64,000 nucleotides of DNA from Hyaloraphidium curvatum SAG 235-1. Taxonomy: Eukaryota; Fungi; Monoblepharomycota. The notes under the pieces were generated by a model that did not search any database, was not told the DNA's origin, and saw only the letters and a program-made list of their open reading frames with translations. Positions 34,160-43,962 of the stretch are shown piece by piece; the stretch's first letter is position 1; every line of letters starts with the position of its first letter. Both the position numbers and the translations under genes were made by a program. Location of the stretch: the NCBI GenBank assembly GCA_025558095.1, contig JAIVFI010000011.1:558001-622000 (forward strand), read 5' to 3'.

Positions 34160-37099
34160 ATGCCTCCCACGATCCGCCCCGCGAACCCGCGATGCGAGTA
34201 CGAGCGCAATCCCCTGGGCATTGGCACAGCGCTGCCGCGCTTCAGCTGGACGCTCGAGGCCGCAGACGCGTCGGCACGCGGGCTGAAGCAGTTGGCCTAC
34301 CGCGTCGTAGTGGCCGCCTCGCCCGAGGCCCTGGACGCTCTTTGTGGCGATAGTACCAGGTCATCAGCAACCCCAGTGTCGGATGTGCTGTGGGACTGTG
34401 GCAAGGTCGAGTCGCGGCAGACGCTGCACGTGGTCTACGCCGGCACCCCGCTCGCCTCGCGCCAGCGCTGCCACTGGAAGGTCTGCGCCTTCGATTCCGC
34501 CTCCGAACCCTCCTGGAGCGACGCCGCGTGGTTCGAACTCGGCATCCTCGAGCCCACCGCCGACGCCTGGCGCGGCGCAAAGTGGATCGAACCGGACCTC
34601 CCCCCCGTCCGCGCCGAGCCAAGGCGCAGCGCGGCCGTCATGAGCTTCTCCACTTCCCAAACGCCCCCCGAGACCAGGCTCACCCCGTGCTCCATGCTGC
34701 GCCGGGAGTTCGCCGTGCGCGGGCCCGTCCGCCGCGCGAGGGCCTACGCGACCGCGCACGGCATCTACGCCCTCGAAATCAACGGCCGCCGCGCCGACGA
34801 CCGCGAGTTCGCGCCCGAATTCACGCCCTACCGCACGATGCTCTGCGTGCAGACCTACGACGTCGCCCCGCTGCTCGCCGAGGGGCCCAACGCGCTCGGC
34901 GTGACGGTCGCGGACGGGTGGTGGGCCGGCCGCGTGGGCATGTCGGGGGACGCGCTGCAGTACGGGGACAGGCACGGGCTGCTGCTGCTGCTCGAGATCG
35001 AGTACGAGGACGGGACGACGGAGCGGGTGGTGTCGGACGAAAAGTGGAGGTGCTCGACGGGGCCGCTGGTCTACAGCGACATCTTCGTCGGGGAGATGTA
35101 CGACGCCAGGCTCGAGGTGGACGGGTGGAGCAGTGCCGGGTTCGATGCCTCGGGGTGGAAGGGCGTCAAAACTGCCGACCAGGTGCGTCCTGCGGGCGAC
35201 CGCTTGGAATCCACGATCTTACTCGCCCTGCCTTTCCAGCACGGGTACGCGAACCTGGTCCCCCAGCAGGGACCTCCCGTCCGCGCCATCGCCACGCTGC
35301 CCTGCACCGACATCATTACCACGCCCAAGGGCGAGACCGTCCTGGACTTTGGCCAGGTCATCGCCGGCCGTATCAAAATGAAGGTGCGCGGCGAGGCCGG
35401 GACAAAGATCGTCATGGAGCACTCCGAGGTGCTCGACAGGGAGGGCAACTACTTCAACAACATCCTCGGGCGGAATAAGGACCAGTGCGACGTGTACATC
35501 TGCAGGGGCGGCGGCGAAGAGGAGTACGAGGCGCGGTTCACGTACCACGGCTTCCGCTACGTGCGCCTCACGGGCTACCCGGGCACGCCGAGCAAGGCCG
35601 ATTTCGCCGCGGTGGCCTACTCCTCGGACCTCGAGCCCACGGGCACCTTCACGAGCTCCTCGCCGGAGCTCACCAAGCTCCAGCAGAACATCGTCTGGTC
35701 CCAGCGCGGCAACTTCCTCTCCATCCCCACCGACTGCCCGCAGCGCGAGCGCGCGGGCTGGACCGGCGACATCCAGATCTTCGGCCCCACCGCGTGCTTC
35801 AACCTCGACTCGGACGCCTTCCTCGCGCGGTGGATGGACGCCGTCGCCGCGGACCAGCTGCCCGACGGACAGGTGCCGCACGTGGTACCCTACCTGGACG
35901 CGTACAGGGAGCTCGTCGGCAAGTCGCTGGGAAGCGACTCGTCGGCGGCGTGGGGCGACGCGTGCATCGCGGTGCCGCTGCAGCTGTACCTGAGGTACGG
36001 CGACAGGCGCGCCCTGGAGCGGCACTGGCCCGTCATGGAAAAATGGCTGGCCTACATCGACCGGCGCGCGGCGAACCACGCGAGCTGGTCGTACTACCTC
36101 GACCCGCGCAAGTTCCTCTCTCCCTCGCGCCGCGCGGCCGAGAGGTACCTGTGGAACACCGGGTGGCATTTCGGGGACTGGCTCGCGCCGTCGCAGTGCT
36201 GGGACATGTTCGGCGCCGCGGGGATGTTCCTCTCGGCGTTCCCGACGCGGCAGTTTGTTGCATCGGCGCAGTACGCCGAGTCCACGAAGATGGCGGCCCG
36301 GGTGGCGGAAGTGCTGGGGATGGATGAGAAGGCGGCACACTACCGCGAGCTGAGCGGCAAGATCAGGGAGGCGTTCGTGGGCGAGCACGTGGACAAGCGC
36401 GGGCGGCTGTCGCCCCACCTGCAGGGCACCTACGTCATCGCGCTCAAGTTCGGGCTGGTCCCCGAGCACCTCGTCCCCGCGGCGGTCGCCAACCTGGTCT
36501 CGCTGCTCGAGGCCAACGAGCACCGCCTCGACACGGGCTTCGTCTCGGTGCCCCACCTCCTAGACGTCCTGTGCGACCACGGCCGGCGGGACGTCGCCGC
36601 GAAGGTGCTGCACCAGCGCAAGTGTCCCGGCTGGCTGTTCGAGGTGGACAACGGCGCGACGACCATGTGGGAATCGTGGAAGGCGGTGGCGCCCGACGGG
36701 ACCGTGAGCAAGTTCTCGTTCAACCACTTTGCCTTTGGGTGCGTGGGGGACTGGATCTACCGGAAGCTCGGCGGCGTGCATGCCGACGTGACGGGGATCA
36801 GGATCGCGCCCAAACCGGACGGGGTGGTGACGAGCGCCGAGACGAGGTTTGAGTCGGCGTGGGGGAGGGTGGCGTGCCGCTGGAAGCTCGACGGGGGCCG
36901 GATGGAGCTGGTTGCGGAGGTGCCGGTGAACGCCGAGGCGACGGTGGTGCTTCCGGGCGCCGATCCCGGGGAGGTGGTGCTGGACGGGAAGCCGCTGGCG
37001 GTTCCGGCAAAGAAGACGACTGAGGGCACGGAGATGGTCGTGGGCTCGGGCACGTGGACCTTCAGCTTCAGTTTCCCTGGAGAGGAAGCTATGGCTTGA
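34160..37099 (+). CDS. GH78 alpha-L-rhamnosidase (bacterial-type architecture), one probable in-frame intron
   Basis: CEYERNPLGI..PRFSW, DFGQ, FTYHGFRY, PTDCPQRERAGWTGD, GATTMWESW, SFNHFAFG; intron GTGCGT..CAG about 35183-35239; no signal peptide. Confidence 0.93.
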   Translation: MPPTIRPANPRCEYERNPLGIGTALPRFSWTLEAADASARGLKQLAYRVVVAASPEALDALCGDSTRSSATPVSDVLWDCGKVESRQTLHVVYAGTPLASRQRCHWKVCAFDSASEPSWSDAAWFELGILEPTADAWRGAKWIEPDLPPVRAEPRRSAAVMSFSTSQTPPETRLTPCSMLRREFAVRGPVRRARAYATAHGIYALEINGRRADDREFAPEFTPYRTMLCVQTYDVAPLLAEGPNALGVTVADGWWAGRVGMSGDALQYGDRHGLLLLLEIEYEDGTTERVVSDEKWRCSTGPLVYSDIFVGEMYDARLEVDGWSSAGFDASGWKGVKTADQVRPAGDRLESTILLALPFQHGYANLVPQQGPPVRAIATLPCTDIITTPKGETVLDFGQVIAGRIKMKVRGEAGTKIVMEHSEVLDREGNYFNNILGRNKDQCDVYICRGGGEEEYEARFTYHGFRYVRLTGYPGTPSKADFAAVAYSSDLEPTGTFTSSSPELTKLQQNIVWSQRGNFLSIPTDCPQRERAGWTGDIQIFGPTACFNLDSDAFLARWMDAVAADQLPDGQVPHVVPYLDAYRELVGKSLGSDSSAAWGDACIAVPLQLYLRYGDRRALERHWPVMEKWLAYIDRRAANHASWSYYLDPRKFLSPSRRAAERYLWNTGWHFGDWLAPSQCWDMFGAAGMFLSAFPTRQFVASAQYAESTKMAARVAEVLGMDEKAAHYRELSGKIREAFVGEHVDKRGRLSPHLQGTYVIALKFGLVPEHLVPAAVANLVSLLEANEHRLDTGFVSVPHLLDVLCDHGRRDVAAKVLHQRKCPGWLFEVDNGATTMWESWKAVAPDGTVSKFSFNHFAFGCVGDWIYRKLGGVHADVTGIRIAPKPDGVVTSAETRFESAWGRVACRWKLDGGRMELVAEVPVNAEATVVLPGADPGEVVLDGKPLAVPAKKTTEGTEMVVGSGTWTFSFSFPGEEAMA

Positions 37100-37540
37100 T
37101 CGCTGTACTTTCTATCCACTGTATGTGCGCTGCTCGAAACGATTGTCGGCATCAGTGCCGGGGACGTACTTTCTCGCTCGGGTCGTTTCGGGACGGATGC
37201 GCCCATGTCTGCGGCGGGGCGGGGTACGGGTAATCGGCGAAACCGGCAAGTGGCGCAGGCTAGGGGTTCCATCGCCACCATTCCACTTCCTCCTCATGGC
37301 CGATGCGCATCGGCACCGGGACGGGGACCCGCCGCAATGTGCCTTCGTCCTCCTTCAATTGCGGCGCGATGTTCCACCGGCGAGCCGCTTGGAGTCGTGG
37401 GCGGGTGTCCCGAGCGTCCCGGCTCCGCAACGTTCGGGGACCTCAACCCGTCCTCGCCCGGGGGCTGCAACCGGCACCCGGAAAGCGGCGCAGACGAATC
37501 CGGGGGGGATAAAGGCCGCCTGAGCAACGACTCGCCAACG

Positions 37541-39603
37541 ATGGCGCCCGCCGACTTCGTCCTGTGTGGCGCAACGACGAAAGATGGCAACTCATGCAAG
37601 AAGCCCGTGAGCGAGCAGGAATTGCGGTGCTATCTGCACCGAGAGAAGGAGGAAGCCGCCGCAGAGTCCAAGACGACCGGAAAAGTTGCTGGCGGTGGGG
37701 ACTTGCGTTCGAGTCTGCGGGTGATTGAAGCTGATTGGATCCCGCGACAGACATTCCTATAGTGCCGACTGAGCCCCTTAAGCTCTTCTGTGGGGCATAT
37801 ACTGTCAAAGGGACCCCTTGTCGCATTTCGGTTCGCGTCGTAGGCGGCCGCTGCCACCTTCACGCTGGGCAGGAACCTGCGGTCCTGGGCAAGGACGTCG
37901 CGGCCGAAATGTACCAGCTGGAACTAAGGACCAATGCCGAGCCAATTGACGTGAAGGTAGAGAAGCACATCAACGAGCTCGAGCCTTACGTCGGTGAGTT
38001 CAGCTGAATTGCTTCAGACGGCTATGGCGCTGACCAACATCATCGCAGAACGCGAAGACGATCACAAGTTCGAGGAGGCACCTATCTGCGGCGGGATGAC
38101 GGCCGCCGGGACTCGTTACAAGCGCATCGTGAAGAGCCCGGCGACATGTGCCACCAGCACGATGGCAGCAACGCCAAGGCCACCCCTGTGGAGCCCTTGA
38201 AGCCGGAGCGGCAGGGTAGACCCTCTTGCCCAGTGGCCGCGGAGGTTTTCCTTAGATGCTCCCGTTGCAGATCACGTGGACGTGCCGTCTGTCCGCACAT
38301 CCAACGATGCCATCTGCGGGGCCACGAGCAAGAACGGCATGCCGTGAAGGATCCGCGTTGCGACCGCTGGATTGCGCTGCCGCCTCCACATCCGCATCGG
38401 CGACGAGGAAGCGGTCGTGGAAGGGGACTTCCCCAACGACGCGGCGCTGAGGATCCAAGTCGCACCTGGTGACGCCCCGATTGTGCAACCCGAGGTGGTG
38501 GTGGCCGACACTTGTGAGCGATCTTCATCGCGGCCGATGGATATGGTGATGCTGACCCGCGAACGGCGAACTGGAGAAGCGACCTTGTGGCGCCTTTACA
38601 CGCGCTGGCACTACATGCACTCGCTCTGCTCAACCTGGCGACTCTCTTTGCTCGCAGCACGCTCGGATGCGTGTCGTTGAGGCGCAGCCGGCCGCAACGA
38701 GGGACAGCGGCGTTGAATCAGCTCTTCCAGTGCCGCCTTCGATTCCTGCGCCTGTTCCCGTGCAGAAACACCGTGAGAACACTCACGATATGTGCGCTAC
38801 TGGTCATTAACAAACTTCTATCCTTACCAGACATCGGAGTTGGGACGCCGCGGCCCGAACCATCGATCGCTCCTGTGGATACACCCGCTGGAGTTGGGAC
38901 ACCCTCCAAGCTCCAAGGCATGCCAACAAGAACCACAAGTCCCGCCCAGCTCCTCTGCGGCGCCCCAACGAAGAAAGGCCAGCCGTGCAAGCGACGTGTT
39001 CGCGAGGCTGGAACGCAGTGCCACCTTCACCAACCGCGCCTGGATGCGAACACAAGTTCGTTCAGAAACCTGGATCTCGAGGCACGCGAACTTACGCTGG
39101 TTCTTCTCTCCTCAGAGCCCCTCGGAAAACAGGAAAACCAGAACTGCGGAGCCTTGACCAGAGCCGGAACACCCTCCAAGCTCCCTGGCACAATGCCAGA
39201 CGGACGCTGCCCGCAGTTTCACTTTGGAAGGCCCAAGTACATTGAACCCGAGCCGGTCGTCAGCAGCGGATCCTTTTCAACCGCTCCGGTACGCCACTAC
39301 GCGCGCATCATCCACCTTTGGGGCACGGGGAAGCACAAGTGGGCTACGTCATGGATCGAATACTATCGCGGGCCGCCAAAGACGGTCCCGTCGACGACAC
39401 TTGCCCGTGCATCAGCGACAACGGGTGGCATGGCTTCAAAGGCGAGCACGGGGCTCACGTGGCGGTCGAGCTGGTGGACGGCACGGTCCTTTTTGGGCTC
39501 ACAAGGGCGTGCGCCGGTTGCAACCTTGCAGCTCGGCCCTTCAACCATTCCGGCGAGCTTCACATCCGTTCGTTCTACGGAGGGCATCGCGAAGGCTTGC
39601 TAG
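37541..39603 (+). pseudogene. Decayed gene(s) with six CGAxTxxGxxC..CxxH zinc-finger-like repeats and a C-terminal HNH-like motif
   Basis: Repeats at about 37565, 37789, 38087, 38315, 38956 and 39145 lie in different frames with stops; GAHV..GLTRACAGCN at about 39450-39525; lower GC than flanks. Confidence 0.6.
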
Positions 39604-39803
39604 ATCTAACGTTGCACTCATATCAACTTGCCGATAGACACGCAGTGTCCCTACTTGCTATAGTCCCCTCATCACGACCCGCGAGCCATAGGCGGACAAT
39701 AGAAGCTTCTGATCCACCGAGAAGCCAGCAAGAGGGCCGAATCACAGCGAGCTCCCGACTTTCACATCGACAGCGCGTCCCTTTCCCTGCCCCTTGGCCT
39801 CCT

Positions 39804-40505
39804 TCAAAGCTTCCCGTTGATCGCCTTTGCCGGGATCCCCACCCACGTCAGCCCCGGCTCCTTGATCGGCGCGCTCACCGCCGCATGCATGCCGATCCTG
39901 GACCAGTCCGCAATGTCGCACCGGTCGCGCACCGAAGCGGCGAGACCCATCTTCACGCCCCGCCCGATCCTGAGAAATCCGCCGACACTGTTTGTGCCGC
40001 CCAGGTGGCATCCTTCCCCGATGACGACGTCGTGGCCGATCAGTGACAAGGCCCCGACGTGGGCAAAGTCGCCGATGTGGACCTGCGAGCTGACGACGGC
40101 CAGGTTCCCGACGTAGGCGCCTCTCCCGAGCGTGGTGTTTGTGAAGGAAACCTGACAGTCCTTGCCGAGGATCACGGGGAAGCTGGTCGGCAGGCCCCAC
40201 CTGGGCACCTCGGCGTCGACCTGGGCGGCGAGCCTCAGCTTCCCGCCGGGGTCGGCGAGCACAATGAAGACGTCGAGGGCGTCGGCGCCACACCGTTTGA
40301 GGAAAGCGGCCACGCCCTCGGACGACCGCACGTGCGCCCAGCCATTGTTGACGAGCACGGGGTGCACGCGCTCGCCGTCGTCCCAGCAGACGGCGCGGCC
40401 GGCGGCAATTTCGGCGGCGTGAGACGTGGCGACCGAGTCGTAGATGCTGGCCGCGTGGCCGCCGCCGCAGCGGAAGAGCACGGCCCTGCGGGACGGCGCC
40501 GCCAT
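39804..40505 (-). CDS. Sugar O/N-acetyltransferase, NeuD/PglD family (hexapeptide repeat), intron-less
   Basis: LFRCGGGHA..WDD N-domain; hexapeptide repeats LGRGAYV/IGDFAHV/IGHDVVIGEGCHL; C-terminal WVGIPAK. Confidence 0.8.
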   Translation of the reverse strand: MAAPSRRAVLFRCGGGHAASIYDSVATSHAAEIAAGRAVCWDDGERVHPVLVNNGWAHVRSSEGVAAFLKRCGADALDVFIVLADPGGKLRLAAQVDAEVPRWGLPTSFPVILGKDCQVSFTNTTLGRGAYVGNLAVVSSQVHIGDFAHVGALSLIGHDVVIGEGCHLGGTNSVGGFLRIGRGVKMGLAASVRDRCDIADWSRIGMHAAVSAPIKEPGLTWVGIPAKAINGKL

Positions 40506-41226
40506 CGGGCGGGCGGGCGGGTCGGCGGGTCGCGCAACAAGGGCCTTTCCAGTTCGCAACGCGGCGATACCGCAGGCGGCCACGCGGTGCGGAAGAGGCG
40601 GGTACGGAGACTGCCGAACGGGAAGTGTCCTCAAGGTAGTCACAGGCAAGCGCGATCCGCTAAGCCCCATTCATCCCCCGCCACGTTGTCTGGACCCTGC
40701 CCTCGGCCCAAAGAGGTGCAACTCAGAAGCAGTCGCCGTGACCGCCGGAAAAATTGGTACAGTGCCGAAGGTCTTCCAGGACGCCCGGATGAAGAGCCGA
40801 GTGGGTCTCGCGGCTGCGTCTCGATTGGATTCCAGTGGCCCCTTCCCGCGCCCAGGGCTTCCAACCCGAGGCAAAGCCGCAGTGAGGTTTGATGGACACT
40901 ATCTGCAGCTTCGCACGGACGAGCCCTTGAGTCGTTTGACTGTGGTCGAGCACCTTGAGCTATGGACGGTGCCGGAACATGACGAGCAGCAATGTGAACC
41001 CCAGGAGTGAGCTGGCTCCAGTGGTGAATGGGAACGCAAGGTCATCCAAAGCGACATCGTGCCTCTAGCATGACACGTTCTCCGCCCTCTACCTTTTCCC
41101 CGCACTCCATAGCCCGCATCCAGCCTTCGGAATCTGCGGGCCACCTGCCTGGGTTTGGCCGCGCTTGACTCACTTGGCCCCTTTCCCCAATAAACTATAA
41201 ACAACGACCGGTCGGCTTCGGCCGCC

Positions 41227-42408
41227 ATGGTACGACTCGGGCGATACGCCCAACAGCTGCTGTTTGGGATCGCGTGCGTGGCGGCAGGGCATTGGAGCGC
41301 CCGCGGCCTGGTCGCGGCGCCCTGGTCGTCGCCGGTTGCTGGCGCGGCATCCCAGGACTTGTCGGCGTCGGCTGCCCCGCGGGTGCGGTTCCTGCCGCCG
41401 GACGTGTTCTTTGTCTTCTACGCGCCCCCGTACGGGGAAACCTGCGGCGGCTGCACGTCGGTGCACGTGCTGGTGGACCAACTGAACCGGCTCTACGGCT
41501 CGGTGCAGGCGCCGGCCGCCTACCTCGTGCCGCGGGCCGAGGACCGCCGCAGAAACAGGACACTCGAGACCAACCCCGCGTACGCCACGCCGCTCCTGCC
41601 GCCGTGGATGAACGCTTCCGAGGGCGTGGCCGTGTACACGGACACGACGCGCGGGAACCCGCTCCGCGCCCGGCGAGCCGTGCGCTGGGTGCTCTACTTT
41701 CCCGGTGGGATCTGGGGCGCGCCCAAGGCGTCCGAGTACCCCAATGAGGACCTCATCGCGTGCTACATGCCCGCGTTCTGCAGCGAGTTCGCTGGGCGAC
41801 CGACCCTCACGCTGTTCGTCGTGGACATATACCTGGACTACTACCGGAATCTGCCTCGGCCTCCCGGTGGCCGCCGCAACGGGACGCTCTGGTTCTCGAG
41901 GAAGAACACTTACGCCGTCAACGGGACCCTGCTCACGAGGCCGCCGCCGGACCTTTCCGGAAAGGATGTCCTGGACCCCGAGACCAAGAAGCGCGAACGG
42001 CTCGAGCGCTTCGCCGTCTCGGAGCTCTTTGTCTCGTACGACCCGGCGACGTACCGCACCGTCGAGGCCGTGTTGACGGGGTGCTCCACCGTCGTTATGC
42101 CCTTTCCCGGGGTGGACCGGGAGACTTTCTTCCGCCAGTTCCCACGCTATGGGATGGGCTTCGGCTTGGAGGGGCGGCAGGATTCTGTGAGAAACATGGG
42201 CATGGCGATCGACCGCTCCCAGCTGAGGCTGAGGAACATGAAGGAGAACGTCGGTGCGTTCGTGGACGCCGTGGTGGAAAAGTGGTACCCGGGGGCGCTG
42301 GATTCTCCGGAAGTGCGGAGGTTCGCGTCGTCGCCGGATCCGCGGGCGTCGATCCAACTGGAGCGGATGCGGGAACGGCAGAAGGAGGGGCATCCAAGCT
42401 TAGCTTAG
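41227..42408 (+). CDS. WavQ-like putative glycosyltransferase-related protein, copy 1, N-terminal signal anchor
   Basis: YAPPYGETCGG..VHVLVDQLN, VAVYTD..GNPL.ARRAVRWVLYFPG, ELFVSYDPATY..EAVL.GC; intron-less. Confidence 0.65.
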   Translation: MVRLGRYAQQLLFGIACVAAGHWSARGLVAAPWSSPVAGAASQDLSASAAPRVRFLPPDVFFVFYAPPYGETCGGCTSVHVLVDQLNRLYGSVQAPAAYLVPRAEDRRRNRTLETNPAYATPLLPPWMNASEGVAVYTDTTRGNPLRARRAVRWVLYFPGGIWGAPKASEYPNEDLIACYMPAFCSEFAGRPTLTLFVVDIYLDYYRNLPRPPGGRRNGTLWFSRKNTYAVNGTLLTRPPPDLSGKDVLDPETKKRERLERFAVSELFVSYDPATYRTVEAVLTGCSTVVMPFPGVDRETFFRQFPRYGMGFGLEGRQDSVRNMGMAIDRSQLRLRNMKENVGAFVDAVVEKWYPGALDSPEVRRFASSPDPRASIQLERMRERQKEGHPSLA

Positions 42409-42732
42409 CGCTTTCTTCGCTTGATTGGGTCCCTGGTGGAAGAGCGAGCCTGCGCTTCATCCATTGTTGAATCTCCTAGCGCGCTCAGTCGGAGGGGGAA
42501 GCGCGGGTTCGGCGCAGGATCAGACGCGCGAATAAACGAACCCTCGCCCCCGAAAACCACCCTTTCCTCTCGTAGCGCCGCTGAGCCGTCGCCGCCACCC
42601 GACCAGTTACCTCATTGGCCGCCCTCCCGACCGCGGTGGCGCTCCCTGATCGCGATTGGGAGCTGGCAGCAGGAAGCAACGACGCGCTTCAGCACGCGTC
42701 GCAGCGACACGTTCCTCTCCCCTTTTGGGGCA

Positions 42733-43896
42733 ATGGCACGATTGAGAAGCTTCCTTAAGGAGCTGCTGATCGGGATCGCTTGTATTGCGGCGGGATGGGC
42801 TGCACGCGGCGCGGTTCCGCCGCCGTCGGCCTCGCTCTCCGTGGCGGCGGCCGCCCGCCTGCATTCACCGACAGCCTCCCCGCGGCTGCGTCTCCTGCCG
42901 CCGGACGTGTTCTTTGTCTTCTACGCGCCCCCGTACGGGGAGACCTGCGGCGGCTGCACCGTCGTGCACGTGCTGGTGGACCAACTGAACCGGTTCTATG
43001 GCTCGGTGCAGGCCCCCGCAGCCTACGTCGTGCCGATGGCGGGCATCAAGTGGTTCGACACGAACCCGGCGTACGCCACGCCGCGCCTGCCCCCGTGGAT
43101 GAACGCTTCCGACGGCGTGGCCGTGTACACCGACACGGTGCACGGGAACCCGCTCGGCGCCCGGCGAGCCGTGCGCTGGGTGCTCTACTTTCCCGGTGGG
43201 ATCTGGGGCGCGCCCAAGGCGTCCGAGTACCCCGCCGAGGACCTCATCGCGTGCTACTTGCCCGCGTACTGCAGCGAGTTCCCGGGGCGGCCGACCATCA
43301 TGCTCTTCGTCGTGGACATGTACCTGGACTACTACCGGAATCTGCCTCGGCCTCCCGGTGGCCGACGCAACGGGACTATCTGGTTCTCGAGGAAGAATTC
43401 CTACAGCCTCAACGGGACCCTGCTCACGAGGCCGCCGCCGGACCTTTCCGGCAAGGACGTCCTGGATCCCGCGACCAAGAAGCGCGAACGGCTCGAGCGC
43501 TTCGCCGTCGCGGAGCTCTTTGTCTCGTACGACCCCGCGACGTACCGCACCGTCGAGGCCGTGTTCACGGGTTGCCCCGCCGTTGTGATGCCGTTCCCCG
43601 GGGTGGACCGGACGACCTTTTTCCGCGACTTCCCGCGCCACGGGATCGGATTCGGCCTTGAGGAAGAGGAACGGCAGTTTTCGGTGAAAAACATGGGCAT
43701 GGCGATCGACCGCTCCCAGATGCGGCTGGGGAACATGAAGGAGAACGTCGGTGCCTTCGTGGATGCGGTGCTGGAAAAGTGGTACCCCGGCGCGATGGAT
43801 TCTCCAGAAGTGCGGAGGTTCGCGTCGGCACCGGATCCGCGGGCGTCCATCTTGCTGGAGCGGATTCGGGCACGGCAGAAGGAAGGGCATGTGTAA
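42733..43896 (+). CDS. WavQ-like putative glycosyltransferase-related protein, copy 2 (tandem paralog)
   Basis: Highly similar to copy 1 along its whole length in DNA and protein; same motifs. Confidence 0.65.
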   Translation: MARLRSFLKELLIGIACIAAGWAARGAVPPPSASLSVAAAARLHSPTASPRLRLLPPDVFFVFYAPPYGETCGGCTVVHVLVDQLNRFYGSVQAPAAYVVPMAGIKWFDTNPAYATPRLPPWMNASDGVAVYTDTVHGNPLGARRAVRWVLYFPGGIWGAPKASEYPAEDLIACYLPAYCSEFPGRPTIMLFVVDMYLDYYRNLPRPPGGRRNGTIWFSRKNSYSLNGTLLTRPPPDLSGKDVLDPATKKRERLERFAVAELFVSYDPATYRTVEAVFTGCPAVVMPFPGVDRTTFFRDFPRHGIGFGLEEEERQFSVKNMGMAIDRSQMRLGNMKENVGAFVDAVLEKWYPGAMDSPEVRRFASAPDPRASILLERIRARQKEGHV

Positions 43897-43962
43897 TCTT
43901 GAGGTATCCATTCTCACCGGCGCCTCGTCGACGGGCGCGAACGGAACCATGCCAAAGTGCGG

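Noticed and set aside
38345-38347. TGA at a Cys position of a zinc knuckle as possible selenocysteine
   Set aside because: Neighbouring repeats have frameshifts and other lost Cys residues; simple decay is more likely, and no SECIS could be identified by eye.
40560-41200. Short ORFs between the acetyltransferase and the WavQ-like genes
   Set aside because: Weak codon bias and no motifs; treated as divergent intergenic DNA.
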